In this document: positions 1 through 9,307 of the stretch, piece by piece | Layout of the letters: the number at the start of each line of letters is the position of its first letter | Position numbering within the stretch: position 1 is the stretch's first letter | Position numbers and translations under genes: made by a program | DNA from: a virus | Taxonomy: Duplodnaviria; Caudoviricetes | Direction: 5' to 3' (one strand) | IMG/VR virus record: IMGVR_UViG_3300049191_000119 | Coordinates: 1 to 38,182 of that record | DNA length: 38,182 nucleotides | The notes under the pieces: model-generated | Database searches by the model: none | What the model saw: the letters and a program-made list of their open reading frames with translations, nothing else | Told to the model about the DNA's origin: nothing

Positions 1-327
1 TCAGGGAGGATCGATGATGTCGGCGCGCGCGGATGCGGGAGGCGATCGCCCCCCATTGTGCCGGATGATCTCGGCCCTGCTTTCCACATAGGCATTAACG
101 ACGCCGGCATGATGCAGGCGGCATTCCTCATAGAGGCGGGCGTCCACCTGGCTCACCCGCACCAGCGTCGCCACTAGCGGATCCCAGATCTGAGACAGCA
201 GCGGGCAAGGCGCACTCAATTCCGCCGTCAGTTCGGCGGGAACAGGCGCTGCCGGCGCGGGCGGCGTTGAGTTCGCGGAGCAAGCCGTCAGACAGGCGAG
301 CATCAGGACGGGCGAGAAGCGGATCAT
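1..327 (-). CDS. Outer-membrane lipoprotein spanin (o-spanin, Rz1-like)
   Basis: ATG at 327 with AAGGAG upstream; MIRFSPVLMLACLTAC signal with lipobox LTA-C, Pro-rich mature part; overlaps the i-spanin in another frame. Confidence 0.8.
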   Translation of the reverse strand: MIRFSPVLMLACLTACSANSTPPAPAAPVPAELTAELSAPCPLLSQIWDPLVATLVRVSQVDARLYEECRLHHAGVVNAYVESRAEIIRHNGGRSPPASARADIIDPP

Positions 328-610
328 GCGCGATCTCCTTTTCAAGGGCAGGCTGGATGATGGTGCGGTGATAGGTCCGCACGGCCGCGATCTTGTCGGC
401 CAGGGTTCGGTCGTTTGAGGAGACGACGGCCGCCAAGCGGCCTTCGCTCCGGCGCAGCAGGATGTTGAAGGTCGCGGCCGCCTCGGCACGGGCGAGGCGC
501 TCATCCGCCTGCGCCCGCTCATAGCCGCGATGGTCGAGATACCAGATGATGCCCACGATCGCCGCGACAGCGAGCAGATGCGGCCAGATCCGCGAGAAGA
601 TCGCCCCCAT
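128..610 (-). CDS. Inner-membrane spanin (i-spanin, Rz-like)
   Basis: Single N-terminal TM helix (HLLAVAAIVGIIWYL), Ala/Arg-rich coiled coil, C-terminal Cys pair; follows endolysin and holin. Confidence 0.8.
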   Translation of the reverse strand: MGAIFSRIWPHLLAVAAIVGIIWYLDHRGYERAQADERLARAEAAATFNILLRRSEGRLAAVVSSNDRTLADKIAAVRTYHRTIIQPALEKEIAHDPLLARPDARLSDGLLRELNAARAGSACSRRTDGGIECALPAAVSDLGSASGDAGAGEPGGRPPL

Positions 611-780
611 CACTCACCCCCATAATTTTTGTCGGGGATCAGCGCCGCGATCGTCCCGGCGACCAGGCTGAGCCAACTCCACGGGCTGGGCAGGATCGAG
701 GCAGCGCCGATCGCCGTCCCGATGCCGACGAAGGTCGATCGCTCCTGCAGGCGCGATCGCAGCCATCGCAGCGCGCTCAC
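610..780 (-). CDS. Putative holin, 56 aa (not in ORF track)
   Basis: Translated by hand: MSALRWLRSRLQERSTFVGIGTAIGAASILPSPWSWLSLVAGTIAALIPDKNYGGE; GTG start overlaps endolysin TGA (GTGA), TGA overlaps i-spanin ATG (TGATG); basic N-terminus and two hydrophobic segments. Confidence 0.72.
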   Translation of the reverse strand: MSALRWLRSRLQERSTFVGIGTAIGAASILPSPWSWLSLVAGTIAALIPDKNYGGE

Positions 781-1292
781 GCCTCATTCCTCGACACGGG
801 CACTCCGGCAGCCGTCAGCTTCACCGGCCCGCCGATGACGGGCACCAGCGCAGGCCAGCGCCGCGCGACGCATCGGCTCTTTTCCAGCCGCATGATGCTG
901 ACCCGATCGCCCTGGTTGCCGCCCAGCACATGATAGTGCGTTGGATCCTCGCCCACATAGAAGGCGACATGCCCGCCCCCCGCTCGATCGAAGACGAGGA
1001 TTGCCCCGGGCGCGAGACGATCGGCGGCGATCGCGCTGCCCCAAGTCGCCCACGCCTTCGCCCGCACACCCACCTTCATGGCCGTCAGGTTCACGCCGGC
1101 GACGCGCAGGCAATGCGCCACGAAAAGCCCGCACCAGGGCACGCTGTCGGCATTGTAGAGGATGCCCAGCACCTTGATGCCGAGCAGCTTGGCCCAGCTA
1201 AGGATGGTGCCATTGTTCGCAGCCCCGGCCGCTTCACGCGTGCCGAGCAGTTGCCGCGCGGCTAGCAGCCACGCAGGGTCGGTCGAGTTCAT
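777..1292 (-). CDS. Endolysin, TIGR02594-type NlpC/P60-CHAP-like peptidase
   Basis: Motifs PAWLLAARQLLG, DSVPWCGLFV (Cys), GGGHVAF (His), VLGGNQ; position in lysis cassette. Confidence 0.88.
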   Translation of the reverse strand: MNSTDPAWLLAARQLLGTREAAGAANNGTILSWAKLLGIKVLGILYNADSVPWCGLFVAHCLRVAGVNLTAMKVGVRAKAWATWGSAIAADRLAPGAILVFDRAGGGHVAFYVGEDPTHYHVLGGNQGDRVSIMRLEKSRCVARRWPALVPVIGGPVKLTAAGVPVSRNEA

Positions 1293-1306
1293 CTCATTCC
1301 CCCATG

Positions 1307-1328
1307 AAAAAGGGCGCTTAAAGCGCCC
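1307..1328 (-). terminator. Intrinsic-terminator-like hairpin upstream of endolysin
   Basis: Minus strand GGGCGCT-TTA-AGCGCCC followed by TTTTT. Confidence 0.55.
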
Positions 1329-1353
1329 GCGAAAGTTCAGATTTGTGCCGGCG

Positions 1354-1794
1354 TCAGACCCGCTCGGGCTCCGGAGCCGGGCGATCGATCATGGCCGTCA
1401 ATGTGGCGAGATCCTCCGGCAGGGCTGGATCAAGCGGGAATGCACGATCCAGCATCAACTGCGCCCGAGCTAGGTTCGGGTTATCAGGCTCCAGCCGCCG
1501 CAGCGGCTCGGCCACCAATTCGAACGCCCGCCGAAGCACGCGATTTTCCACCGCCAGCCTGCGCAGCTGCGTTTCGATCCGCTGCTGATAGTCGCGATCG
1601 CGCTTGTCCTGCTGCTCTTCCCGGGCCCGCAGTTCCTCATGCCACGCCTGCAGCTTGGCCGCCCGCGTCCGTGCCCGCGCGTCCTTCCAGTTCAGCGCCC
1701 AGGCAGCCGCCTTGCCCAGCGCCGCCAATATGGCGATCGCCCCAGCCACCATCCCGCCAACCTCACCGGCCGACGCCCCCGTTTCCACTGCCAT
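1354..1794 (-). CDS. Membrane-anchored coiled-coil protein, probably lysis-associated
   Basis: N-terminal hydrophobic helix (GGMVAGAIAILAALGKAAAWAL) then charged coiled coil; between tail fibre module and endolysin. Confidence 0.65.
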   Translation of the reverse strand: MAVETGASAGEVGGMVAGAIAILAALGKAAAWALNWKDARARTRAAKLQAWHEELRAREEQQDKRDRDYQQRIETQLRRLAVENRVLRRAFELVAEPLRRLEPDNPNLARAQLMLDRAFPLDPALPEDLATLTAMIDRPAPEPERV

Positions 1795-1803
1795 GTTCCT
1801 GGA

Positions 1804-2091
1804 TTACCCCGCTGCTATGAGCGCCGCGATGACGGTCGCGACAACCGGCCCGATCCAGTCGAGCCACTGGTCCAGCTTAGGCCAGACGCGAGGATCGAAC
1901 CGGCCCCACCAGGGCATGTTGGCCCGCAGCCCACCCCCGAACCGTTCAATCCAACGATATTCAGCCTGGGCGACTTCCCGGCCGATGAAATAGGCGGAGC
2001 CGAGCGCCGCGCCTGCCCACCAGTTGCCTGTGAGCGCGCCGACCGCGGACTGCGCCGCCAGCGCCATGATGATGTGCTGAAGAAAGATCAT
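1804..2091 (-). CDS. Small integral membrane protein
   Basis: 95 aa, 2-3 hydrophobic segments, Trp-rich; ATGA overlap with tail fibre stop. Confidence 0.7.
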   Translation of the reverse strand: MIFLQHIIMALAAQSAVGALTGNWWAGAALGSAYFIGREVAQAEYRWIERFGGGLRANMPWWGRFDPRVWPKLDQWLDWIGPVVATVIAALIAAG

Positions 2092-3665
2092 GCTGCTTCC
2101 AGCGCTTCGAGGCGAGCGGTGAGGGCCGCGACCAATGCATCTTTATGCGCGAGCTCGCGCCGCTGCCATGCCGCCTCCATGGCTTGACACTCATCATAGC
2201 GCAGGCCCCAACGGTCGCCGGCCTCAAGCGTGACGCGGGTTTCGCCGGTGTCGACCATGACCATGACCGGGCGATCTTCGGTAATGTCTCGGAAGATCGG
2301 TTGCCCCTGAGCATCGAGGATGCCGGTATCTTCCCGGCCGATGACGATCGTTTCAGTCCCGACCTGCTGCTCCTCGAGAATTGGCTCTCGCTCTTCGTCC
2401 CACTGATCATAACAAAGGAGGCCGATCGTCTGCGCGTCGAGATCATGTGCCAGGAAGGCATCTCGCACGGCTTGTGCCACAAGGCCCAAGTGCCACCGGG
2501 CATCATCGCCTTTCGCCTGCACGGAATCTATGAACTTGTAGCGAACCCAATCTACGTCGCCCCAAGCATTCAACCATTCGTCGGGAATCGGCCCGATGCC
2601 TTGCTTTGCGCGTCCATCGGAAGTGTTGATGGTACCGGTCGATGAATAGATAACGCTCCAACGCTTACTGGCGCTACCTAAGAACACTCCACTATCGACG
2701 TTCGGAGAGAGTATGTTTTCGGTCAACACTAACCTTGCCGCGCCATTGACTGACCAAGAATGTTCCGAAACAAAAACGCCGTTTCTGGAAACCGTCCAAG
2801 CAGCACCCGCTGTGCTTACGGCATCATTAGTAGTCTGAATTGAAAAAGAACCGCCACTGGCAATAACTCGCCAAGTTTTCGCGTCGGTCGCTTGATCGGT
2901 TTCAGTAAGATACATTCCGGGCGCAGCGCCCGCGAGTTCTAGACTTCCTCTCGGTGCAGACGTTCCGATACCTACGGAACCGCCAGCGGTGACCCGCACA
3001 CTTTCGGTCCCGCCGGTTTTAAAGACTATTTTGCCGCTGCCCCGGTTAGCGTCCAAAATTAGGCCGTTAGCTGTGCCGCTTTCTTCGGTCGTATATATCA
3101 GCCCGCCGCCGTTACCATCAGCCGAAGAGATTTGTATAGCATAAGAACCGCTGCCGCCTGCCGCGATGTTTAGTCGCGCTTGGGTTGAAACTCCTGTTCC
3201 CAATTGCACAGCACCGTTGGCGGCGACGCGCAACGCCTCAACTCCACCGGTCGCAAGCGCGAGAACATTTGCGGACGGGCGGAAAATGCCTGTATCTTCA
3301 TCACTAGCAAAACGTAACCCCGGCACGGCCACCGTGCCGTCAACCATTTTTCCCGCGCCGATTCCGTCTCGCACAGTTGCGAAGGACAAGACCAGTTCCG
3401 CTGCTTGGGTCGCGAGATCCCGCAGATAGCCCTGCACCGGCATGATTCGATATGCCTGCCCGCTTGCCGTCGTGCCGACATAGTTGGTCCGCAGCGTGAT
3501 CGACGTTGCCGAATTGACCGACAGGATCTCATAAGGGATGCCGTTTGGTCCGACGAAAGCCTGTCCAGCATCGACATTATCGACCCAGGCCGTGCCTGCG
3601 CCGGTAACTGTGGCGCTGTTGTTGGTGACGGTAACCGTTCCCGTGTTGTACCAGGGCAATGTCAT
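2088..3665 (-). CDS. Tail fibre/spike with C-terminal intramolecular chaperone (peptidase S74-like)
   Basis: N-terminal WYNTGTVTVTNNSATVTGAGT attachment motif; Gly/Thr beta repeats (VGIGTSAP); cleavage-type motif TSDGRAK, HLGLVAQ, GLRYDE and terminal coiled coil; AGGAG RBS. Confidence 0.88.
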   Translation of the reverse strand: MTLPWYNTGTVTVTNNSATVTGAGTAWVDNVDAGQAFVGPNGIPYEILSVNSATSITLRTNYVGTTASGQAYRIMPVQGYLRDLATQAAELVLSFATVRDGIGAGKMVDGTVAVPGLRFASDEDTGIFRPSANVLALATGGVEALRVAANGAVQLGTGVSTQARLNIAAGGSGSYAIQISSADGNGGGLIYTTEESGTANGLILDANRGSGKIVFKTGGTESVRVTAGGSVGIGTSAPRGSLELAGAAPGMYLTETDQATDAKTWRVIASGGSFSIQTTNDAVSTAGAAWTVSRNGVFVSEHSWSVNGAARLVLTENILSPNVDSGVFLGSASKRWSVIYSSTGTINTSDGRAKQGIGPIPDEWLNAWGDVDWVRYKFIDSVQAKGDDARWHLGLVAQAVRDAFLAHDLDAQTIGLLCYDQWDEEREPILEEQQVGTETIVIGREDTGILDAQGQPIFRDITEDRPVMVMVDTGETRVTLEAGDRWGLRYDECQAMEAAWQRRELAHKDALVAALTARLEALEAA

Positions 3666-3752
3666 TCTCCTTACGGGCGCGTGGATGGGCGCGCGGCGAA
3701 GCGCGGATGATGGTCGGCAGAAATCAGGTGGTCAGGATGGCGGGCGTTCGCC

Positions 3753-4493
3753 TCACCACTCCGGAACGTGGGTCATATCGGCGACGATGATCGCGTAAGA
3801 GCGATCCGCAGAATCCATATGATCCCAGGCCATGTCCGGGAAGGCATAGTCACTGTCATCCATGTACGACATGTCGATGGACGTGAGCGCACCAGCCGCC
3901 AACTTGATGGCCATGATCTCGCGCCGGATGCGATAGAAGCGCAGGTTCGAACCGATGCCATCATAGGCTCGATCGTCGTCCATGCGCGTGCGGCCTGCCC
4001 ATTTGAAAAAGCAGAAGCCCCACTTCCTGTTTGTTGCCAGCGACAGGTTAACCGGTGTGGTCAGATAATTGCTGCCGGTCAGTACCGTATGCACGCGCAA
4101 ATAGTTGTAGCCGGAATAATAGCACACTTCGCCGGCGGCGGTTCGCACCACCAGGCCCCATTTATTGAGCGGCGTCGGCAGCGCGAGAGGCACATCGAAC
4201 ACGGCAAGCTTCGAACTGCTGCCCCGCGCCTTGTTCGTCACGATCTGGCCGCCGTCGCTCAGCCCGGTGTAGGTATCGGCAGGAAAGAACACGAGTGGCG
4301 TCGTGACCGGGTTCTGCGCAGGCGCACCCATGAAGCTGTAGCCATTCTTCAGATATTCGGTGAACGTCTGATAGTTGCTCTTATCCGGCGACGAAGTGGT
4401 GGCCGTGGGCACGCCCCGCAGCATCAGGTTCCGGTAGAACTGGTCGATCTGCACCGCGCCGGATGATCCAACAATTCTAAGCCCGTGCGGCAT
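3753..4493 (-). CDS. Tail tip/baseplate accessory protein
   Basis: Likely start MPHGLRIVGSSGAVQID at 4493 (TGATG overlap); internal echo WGLVVRTAAGEVCYYS typical of tail-tip accessory proteins. Confidence 0.65.
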   Translation of the reverse strand: MPHGLRIVGSSGAVQIDQFYRNLMLRGVPTATTSSPDKSNYQTFTEYLKNGYSFMGAPAQNPVTTPLVFFPADTYTGLSDGGQIVTNKARGSSSKLAVFDVPLALPTPLNKWGLVVRTAAGEVCYYSGYNYLRVHTVLTGSNYLTTPVNLSLATNRKWGFCFFKWAGRTRMDDDRAYDGIGSNLRFYRIRREIMAIKLAAGALTSIDMSYMDDSDYAFPDMAWDHMDSADRSYAIIVADMTHVPEW

Positions 4494-4822
4494 CAATAAA
4501 CCCCGTAGAGAAGGCGGACGGTAGTGACGTTGGAAGCAGGCGACACATTGCGGTCTACCGACCAGCTGAGCGTCTGGCCGGAAACCGAGATGCCCACGCT
4601 GAGCACCGGAATCCGGGGGATCGAGGAATAGATATAGTTGATCGCCGACCAAGGCGTGCCCGTGAGAAAGATCGCGTCGTTGAATGACCCGGTCCACACA
4701 TTGCCAGACACCGTCGAGTTCGCCGCTGTGATGTCGAAGAAGCCAGCGACGCGCCCGTAGCGCGCGCCTTCCTCGATGAGGAGGTTGCCCGCCTCATCAC
4801 GGATCCGGAGGCCCCAGGGCAT
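4493..4822 (-). CDS. Small tail tip accessory protein
   Basis: MPWGLRIRDEAGNLLIE N-terminus resembles that of next gene; TGATG coupled to tail tip gene. Confidence 0.68.
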   Translation of the reverse strand: MPWGLRIRDEAGNLLIEEGARYGRVAGFFDITAANSTVSGNVWTGSFNDAIFLTGTPWSAINYIYSSIPRIPVLSVGISVSGQTLSWSVDRNVSPASNVTTVRLLYGVY

Positions 4823-7581
4823 CAGGTGAGCCAGCCCAGCTCGACGACGCGTACCGATCCGCTGCGGATATATTGTGTCGTCCGGTTGCTGCCGTCGATG
4901 TCGATGTAAAACCCGTCGGTGGTGCCAGAGGGCGGCAGCACGCGGAACCGATCAGACCGGATCGTGAAATTGCCAACGGTGCCGTTATTGTCGATCTCAT
5001 AGCCCGTAATGCGGCCGTTCACATCGACCGTCAGTGCGGCTCGACCAAACAGGGTTGTGATGTTGCCCTGTGCCGAGGCGATCGCGCTGGATTGGCTGGT
5101 GATGGTGGTCGTGTGGCCGTTCACCGTCGCTGTGACGGAACTGACCTGGTTCGAAAGCGCCGTGTCGGCGGTGGCCCGCGCGGAGGCTTCAGCAGTGATT
5201 GCCGCCGAATTGCCGTCAACGGTGGCGGATAAGCTGTTGATCTGGTTCGACAGCGCCGTGTCGGCGGTGGCCCGCGCCGTCTGTTCAGTGCTTATGCCAG
5301 CCTCCGCAGCGCCCATGCGGACGCCGATCGCATCGACCGATCGCGCGATCACTTCCTCGGCATTTGCCCTGATGGTGCGCTCGCTGCTGAAGCTCGCCAG
5401 TTGCTGGCTCGTCTTGATCGTCGCCGCCAGCAGCGCGCCGGCGGCCGAGTCATCCGCCGTGGATAGCACCCCGATCTTGTCCTCCACCGTCACCAGAGCG
5501 CTGCCTTGGACTGTGAGTTCATTCCCGATCAGCGCCACCGCCGTTTCCTGCGCGGCGACGGCATCTTCGATGGTGGATATCGCGGATCCCTGAGCCGCGA
5601 TATCGGCCACGGCGGCATCGATGTCGGCCTGGGCCGCGCTGATGGCGGTCTGGGCGGCCGCAGCATCCGCCTCCAGCTGGGTCATCTGGGCATCGATATC
5701 GCTCAGCTGCCCTTCGATGATCGTGATCTTGCCGAGCCCTGTCACGACATTGACGAACATCGTCATGTTGCCGAGCGCGGTGCCTACACGATAGGCGATC
5801 CGGACATCATAGGCCGTCTCGCTTTCCAGCGGCGCAATGACATGGCTGACCGGCTCGACGGCCGAGAGGATGGCGGAACTGGTCCACGCCTCGTCTACCG
5901 ACTTGCGGTAGTCTATCACGATGGCGTCGGCCGAGGGCATTTCGCTCGCGCCCTCGACCAGCAGGGCGGGAAAGCCCTCGCCCGAGACAACCCCTGACAC
6001 GCCCCAATTCGCTTCGAGCGGTGCCGCAGGCTTGAGGTCGGGCGCTACCAGACGGAACGGAGCGGGCGGAGTCGTGCTTTGCCCGAGCGCATAGGCGTGT
6101 TTCGAATAGGTTTCCGTCTCGCCCGCGAACGACACCTTGCCGGTCGCAGGATCCGGCGCGCGCCGCGTGATGAGCACCGGCTGATTGACCAGCCCCTCTT
6201 CCGGCACATTGAGATAGACCACATCGCCCGTCTTCAACCCAATCCACTCCGGCCCTGTCGTCCAGGTGAACGGCCCGGCCTCGCGGCTGTTGACGACCGC
6301 ATAGGCCGCCAGTTGCCCGGGTTGGTTGGCCGTCTCGCCAGCAAACACCTGGACCAGCGGGAAATCCACTTCCTTCGTGCGCTGCCCGCCATCGGCCGTC
6401 ACATAGTCGCCGACCGTGATCGCGGTTCCCGATATGACCGCCCAATCGCTATTCTCATCTACATAGCGAGGAATGACGCTGTTGAAGCGATCGCGACGGC
6501 TCTTGGTCGCGGAGATCGACAGCCCGTCCAGCAGATGGCGGCTCTCGATCGTCGCGATCGCCGTTCGGGGCGTCGAGGTGAGACACCCGATCATGGCACC
6601 CGTCTGGGTCGGAACAGCGCCGCCAGCCTGGAGGATCCGCTTCAGCGTGTCCCATTTGCTATCTGTCGTCCACTCGACCCCACCGACGCGCCAGTCATTG
6701 GCATCGCAGACATTGGCGCACTCGACGAAATCCGCGACGCGAAGGGTCGAGACCGGCGCACCGATGCCGCACACCCGCTTGCCGTTTTGCCAGCGGCCGA
6801 GCGCCCAAGTGAGCGCGTGCAGGCCGGGATTGTCCGACCATTCATAGGTCGCCTCATTGAGGGCGCGGTGCGAACCGGACCCGCCGGGATAGGTGCTATC
6901 CTTGCGCGGGTCATAGACCTTCACCCACTTGCCGATCCATGCGGGCTCGGGCGCGCCCGCGCCATAGAGGTCGCCATCCGTGTCAAAGCGGAGCGCCCAC
7001 TGCGCATGGGCGATACCGCTCAGCTTGTGATTGGTAGTCCAGTCCGGATAGGGCTTGCCGCCGAACTGCATGGCAAGTGCCGTGCTGGGCGAGTTTCCCA
7101 GCGACAGATCCTGCGCCATGTAGCGGTAGAAGCGGCCATTGGCATCGCCGTTGGAGGCGAACGTCACCACCTCATTATCGGCGGTAAACTGCTCAATGCT
7201 GTGGATCGGTCCCGCAATGGACAGCATCGCCACGAATGCGAGAATGTCGTGCTTCGACTGTTGCTTGAACCCGTCATAGGTGCGGGCATAGACGCGCAGC
7301 CCTGACATGCGGGTGCGGCCGATCGCATAGGGCAGCCCGCTCTGCGGATTCGTCGCGAAGGTTGTCGCCGAACCTTCAACGCCCATTTTCGGGGCCATGA
7401 ACGCGGTGGCCATGGACAGGATGCCTGCGCCAAGGCTCGCATAGGTGCCGATCGACAGCGCCGTCGCCGCCGTCGCGGATCCCGCAGCAGCAGCAGCTGC
7501 GCCGCCGGCAGCGATGCCCACGCCGGTGGCAACCAGCGCGACAGCCGCCACCACCATTCCCGCAGTGCGCAGCACCTTCAT
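4822..7581 (-). CDS. Tail tip / host-specificity protein (lambda gpJ-like central fibre) with FN3-like domain and coiled-coil stalk
   Basis: 919 aa; PYAIGRTR, KVYDPR, WSDNPGL motifs, FN3-like LESETAYDVRIAY, Ala-rich coiled coil, C-terminal VDVNGRITGY...FTIRSDRF. Confidence 0.85.
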   Translation of the reverse strand: MKVLRTAGMVVAAVALVATGVGIAAGGAAAAAAGSATAATALSIGTYASLGAGILSMATAFMAPKMGVEGSATTFATNPQSGLPYAIGRTRMSGLRVYARTYDGFKQQSKHDILAFVAMLSIAGPIHSIEQFTADNEVVTFASNGDANGRFYRYMAQDLSLGNSPSTALAMQFGGKPYPDWTTNHKLSGIAHAQWALRFDTDGDLYGAGAPEPAWIGKWVKVYDPRKDSTYPGGSGSHRALNEATYEWSDNPGLHALTWALGRWQNGKRVCGIGAPVSTLRVADFVECANVCDANDWRVGGVEWTTDSKWDTLKRILQAGGAVPTQTGAMIGCLTSTPRTAIATIESRHLLDGLSISATKSRRDRFNSVIPRYVDENSDWAVISGTAITVGDYVTADGGQRTKEVDFPLVQVFAGETANQPGQLAAYAVVNSREAGPFTWTTGPEWIGLKTGDVVYLNVPEEGLVNQPVLITRRAPDPATGKVSFAGETETYSKHAYALGQSTTPPAPFRLVAPDLKPAAPLEANWGVSGVVSGEGFPALLVEGASEMPSADAIVIDYRKSVDEAWTSSAILSAVEPVSHVIAPLESETAYDVRIAYRVGTALGNMTMFVNVVTGLGKITIIEGQLSDIDAQMTQLEADAAAAQTAISAAQADIDAAVADIAAQGSAISTIEDAVAAQETAVALIGNELTVQGSALVTVEDKIGVLSTADDSAAGALLAATIKTSQQLASFSSERTIRANAEEVIARSVDAIGVRMGAAEAGISTEQTARATADTALSNQINSLSATVDGNSAAITAEASARATADTALSNQVSSVTATVNGHTTTITSQSSAIASAQGNITTLFGRAALTVDVNGRITGYEIDNNGTVGNFTIRSDRFRVLPPSGTTDGFYIDIDGSNRTTQYIRSGSVRVVELGWLT
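5146..5277. repeat. 36-bp direct repeat (35/36 identical) at 5146-5181 and 5242-5277 within tail tip gene
   Basis: Both copies encode ARATADTALSNQ, 96 nt (32 codons) apart. Confidence 0.9.
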
Positions 7582-8000
7582 TACAGGACACTCCAGGCGC
7601 GCAGGATCCTGTCGGGCGCGAACGTCACCAGACCGGGATGATCCTCATGGAAACAGAACAGATTGCCGTTGCCTGCGTAGATGCCGATCGCGCCCAATGG
7701 CGCTTCAGCCTCCAGTTCGGCGATGTCGCCCAGCAGCATGCGGGCATAAGGAATAGGCGTAAGGCCGATCCCGTCAGCCATTTCGGCCAGTGTCGCATAG
7801 CCGAGCCGCCGCAGCGCGCGGGACGCGCCAAGGGGGGAACTGTAGCTGCCCGCCTTGCTGATCAGGATCTTATGGCCCAGGCGCTTCAGGTGGAACGCGG
7901 CGACCTTCGCGCAATCGACCTTTCCCCACTCGAAGGGGCGATCGCGATAGCGCGCCATGGTCGCCTCGATCGCGGCGTGCCGGCGTTCAAGCGGGGTCAC
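7581..8000 (-). CDS. Tail assembly protein, NlpC/P60-like fold (DUF6950-like)
   Basis: RPFEWGKVDCAK motif and GDIA; position just upstream of tail tip gene. Confidence 0.75.
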   Translation of the reverse strand: MTPLERRHAAIEATMARYRDRPFEWGKVDCAKVAAFHLKRLGHKILISKAGSYSSPLGASRALRRLGYATLAEMADGIGLTPIPYARMLLGDIAELEAEAPLGAIGIYAGNGNLFCFHEDHPGLVTFAPDRILRAWSVL

Positions 8001-8638
8001 AGCGCAGCCCTCACAGCCGCGGCACGCTGAAACACCCCGGCTAAGCCGCTCTTGTTATTATTGCCCTGCGGCGGCTTTGCGCCCCAATAGAGGTTCACGT
8101 CGGTGCCCGTCATATGCTCAAGGCCGAGCTCGCCCGGCCAGATCGACTGATGCCAGGCGTTCTGCGCGCGCTGCCCTTCCTCGACCTCGAACAGCCGCTC
8201 GAACACGCTGACTACCGTAAAGCTCACGCTTCGCTCGCCTTGGGCATCGATCTCGACCGTTGGAACGTCGATCTCGCCCAGGAACACGACTTCCGGCGTG
8301 CCGATGACCGCGCCCGTGGTCATGTTCACCGCGCCGACGAGCAGCTGCACCGAGCATCCCTGCATGTCCGGACTGGCGAGCGTCGCGGCCGCGCTCACAT
8401 TCGGCGGAAACAGCTTGATCGTGATTTCCGGAGCCTGGTCGCCGATCTCTTCACTGAGCTCGGAGAGTTCGGCGATCGTCCCGAATACTTCGTCGCAGCC
8501 GGTATAGGTCTCGCCGCCGATCTGGAGCGTGCCCGACCCATCCAGCAGCCGGATGGTGTATGTCGGCAGCGCAATCCTGAGCGCGCCAAAGAGCAGCACG
8601 CTGGGCTGAGCCAACGCACTTTTAAGAGTAGGATCCAC
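7997..8638 (-). CDS. Minor tail / hub-associated protein
   Basis: Likely GTG start (MDPTLKSALAQ); C-terminal HQSIWPGELGLEHM...LYWG motif of siphophage minor tail proteins; synteny. Confidence 0.7.
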   Translation of the reverse strand: MDPTLKSALAQPSVLLFGALRIALPTYTIRLLDGSGTLQIGGETYTGCDEVFGTIAELSELSEEIGDQAPEITIKLFPPNVSAAATLASPDMQGCSVQLLVGAVNMTTGAVIGTPEVVFLGEIDVPTVEIDAQGERSVSFTVVSVFERLFEVEEGQRAQNAWHQSIWPGELGLEHMTGTDVNLYWGAKPPQGNNNKSGLAGVFQRAAAVRAAL

Positions 8639-8710
8639 GGGTGCCCCCGAAATGAGAAAGGGCCACTGATCGGCAGCCCAGCGTGACAAACGGTAGCGCG
8701 AGCTAACGCG

Positions 8711-9307
8711 CTACGCGGCTTCGACTATGGTGAAGTCCGGAATCTGGATCATCGGCGTTTGCAGCACATCCCACCCGAAGGCGCTATCGATCCAGCCTTC
8801 GATCATGGGCGTGGCGATTTCCACGACGTCGCCGGTGGACAGTGCGGTGCGCAGCAGCGGGAATATCGACGCGCTGACCGTGCCACCCGCGCCAACCGTC
8901 ACGGCTTCCCTGATCGCATAGACATAGCGACGGCCCCCATGAATGATCGAAACGAATTGCCCCGCGCGCAGCTGATAGCCCGGTGTCATTCCCGACAGCG
9001 GCAGGATCGACCCGCTCACCACATTCGCCGAAACGACGGGCGTGCCGGGTGTGCCCGTATCGATGTCCTGCACGATCGGCATGACAGCACCGGCTTCGAC
9101 CGCCTGCGCGAGCGCGTTGGCCCATATCCGGCCATCTGGGTCGGCCATTAGCGGCGGCATCGACACCAGCATCGACCAGCGGGTGCCGAGCCGGTTGATC
9201 CTCTGCGTCGGCCCGCCCAGGAACGGCGTCAGAATGGTCCCGAACGACATGAGGTTCATCTTCGCCGCGCGCGGGCCCGGCGATGTCGGCAACAATATGG
9301 ACGCCAT
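8711..9307 (-). CDS. Distal tail protein-like
   Basis: TPFLGGPTQRINRLGTRW motif; directly downstream of tape measure (TGATG). Confidence 0.7.
   Translation of the reverse strand: MASILLPTSPGPRAAKMNLMSFGTILTPFLGGPTQRINRLGTRWSMLVSMPPLMADPDGRIWANALAQAVEAGAVMPIVQDIDTGTPGTPVVSANVVSGSILPLSGMTPGYQLRAGQFVSIIHGGRRYVYAIREAVTVGAGGTVSASIFPLLRTALSTGDVVEIATPMIEGWIDSAFGWDVLQTPMIQIPDFTIVEAA

Noticed and set aside
5146-5277. DGR template/variable repeat pair or invertible segment
   Set aside because: Both copies are in-frame in one coiled coil with a single mismatch; no reverse transcriptase or invertase in the window
8693-8714. Perfect 8-bp inverted repeat GTAGCGCG/CGCGCTAC at the distal tail gene stop
   Set aside because: Short GC-rich stem with only a weak U-tract; insufficient to call separately
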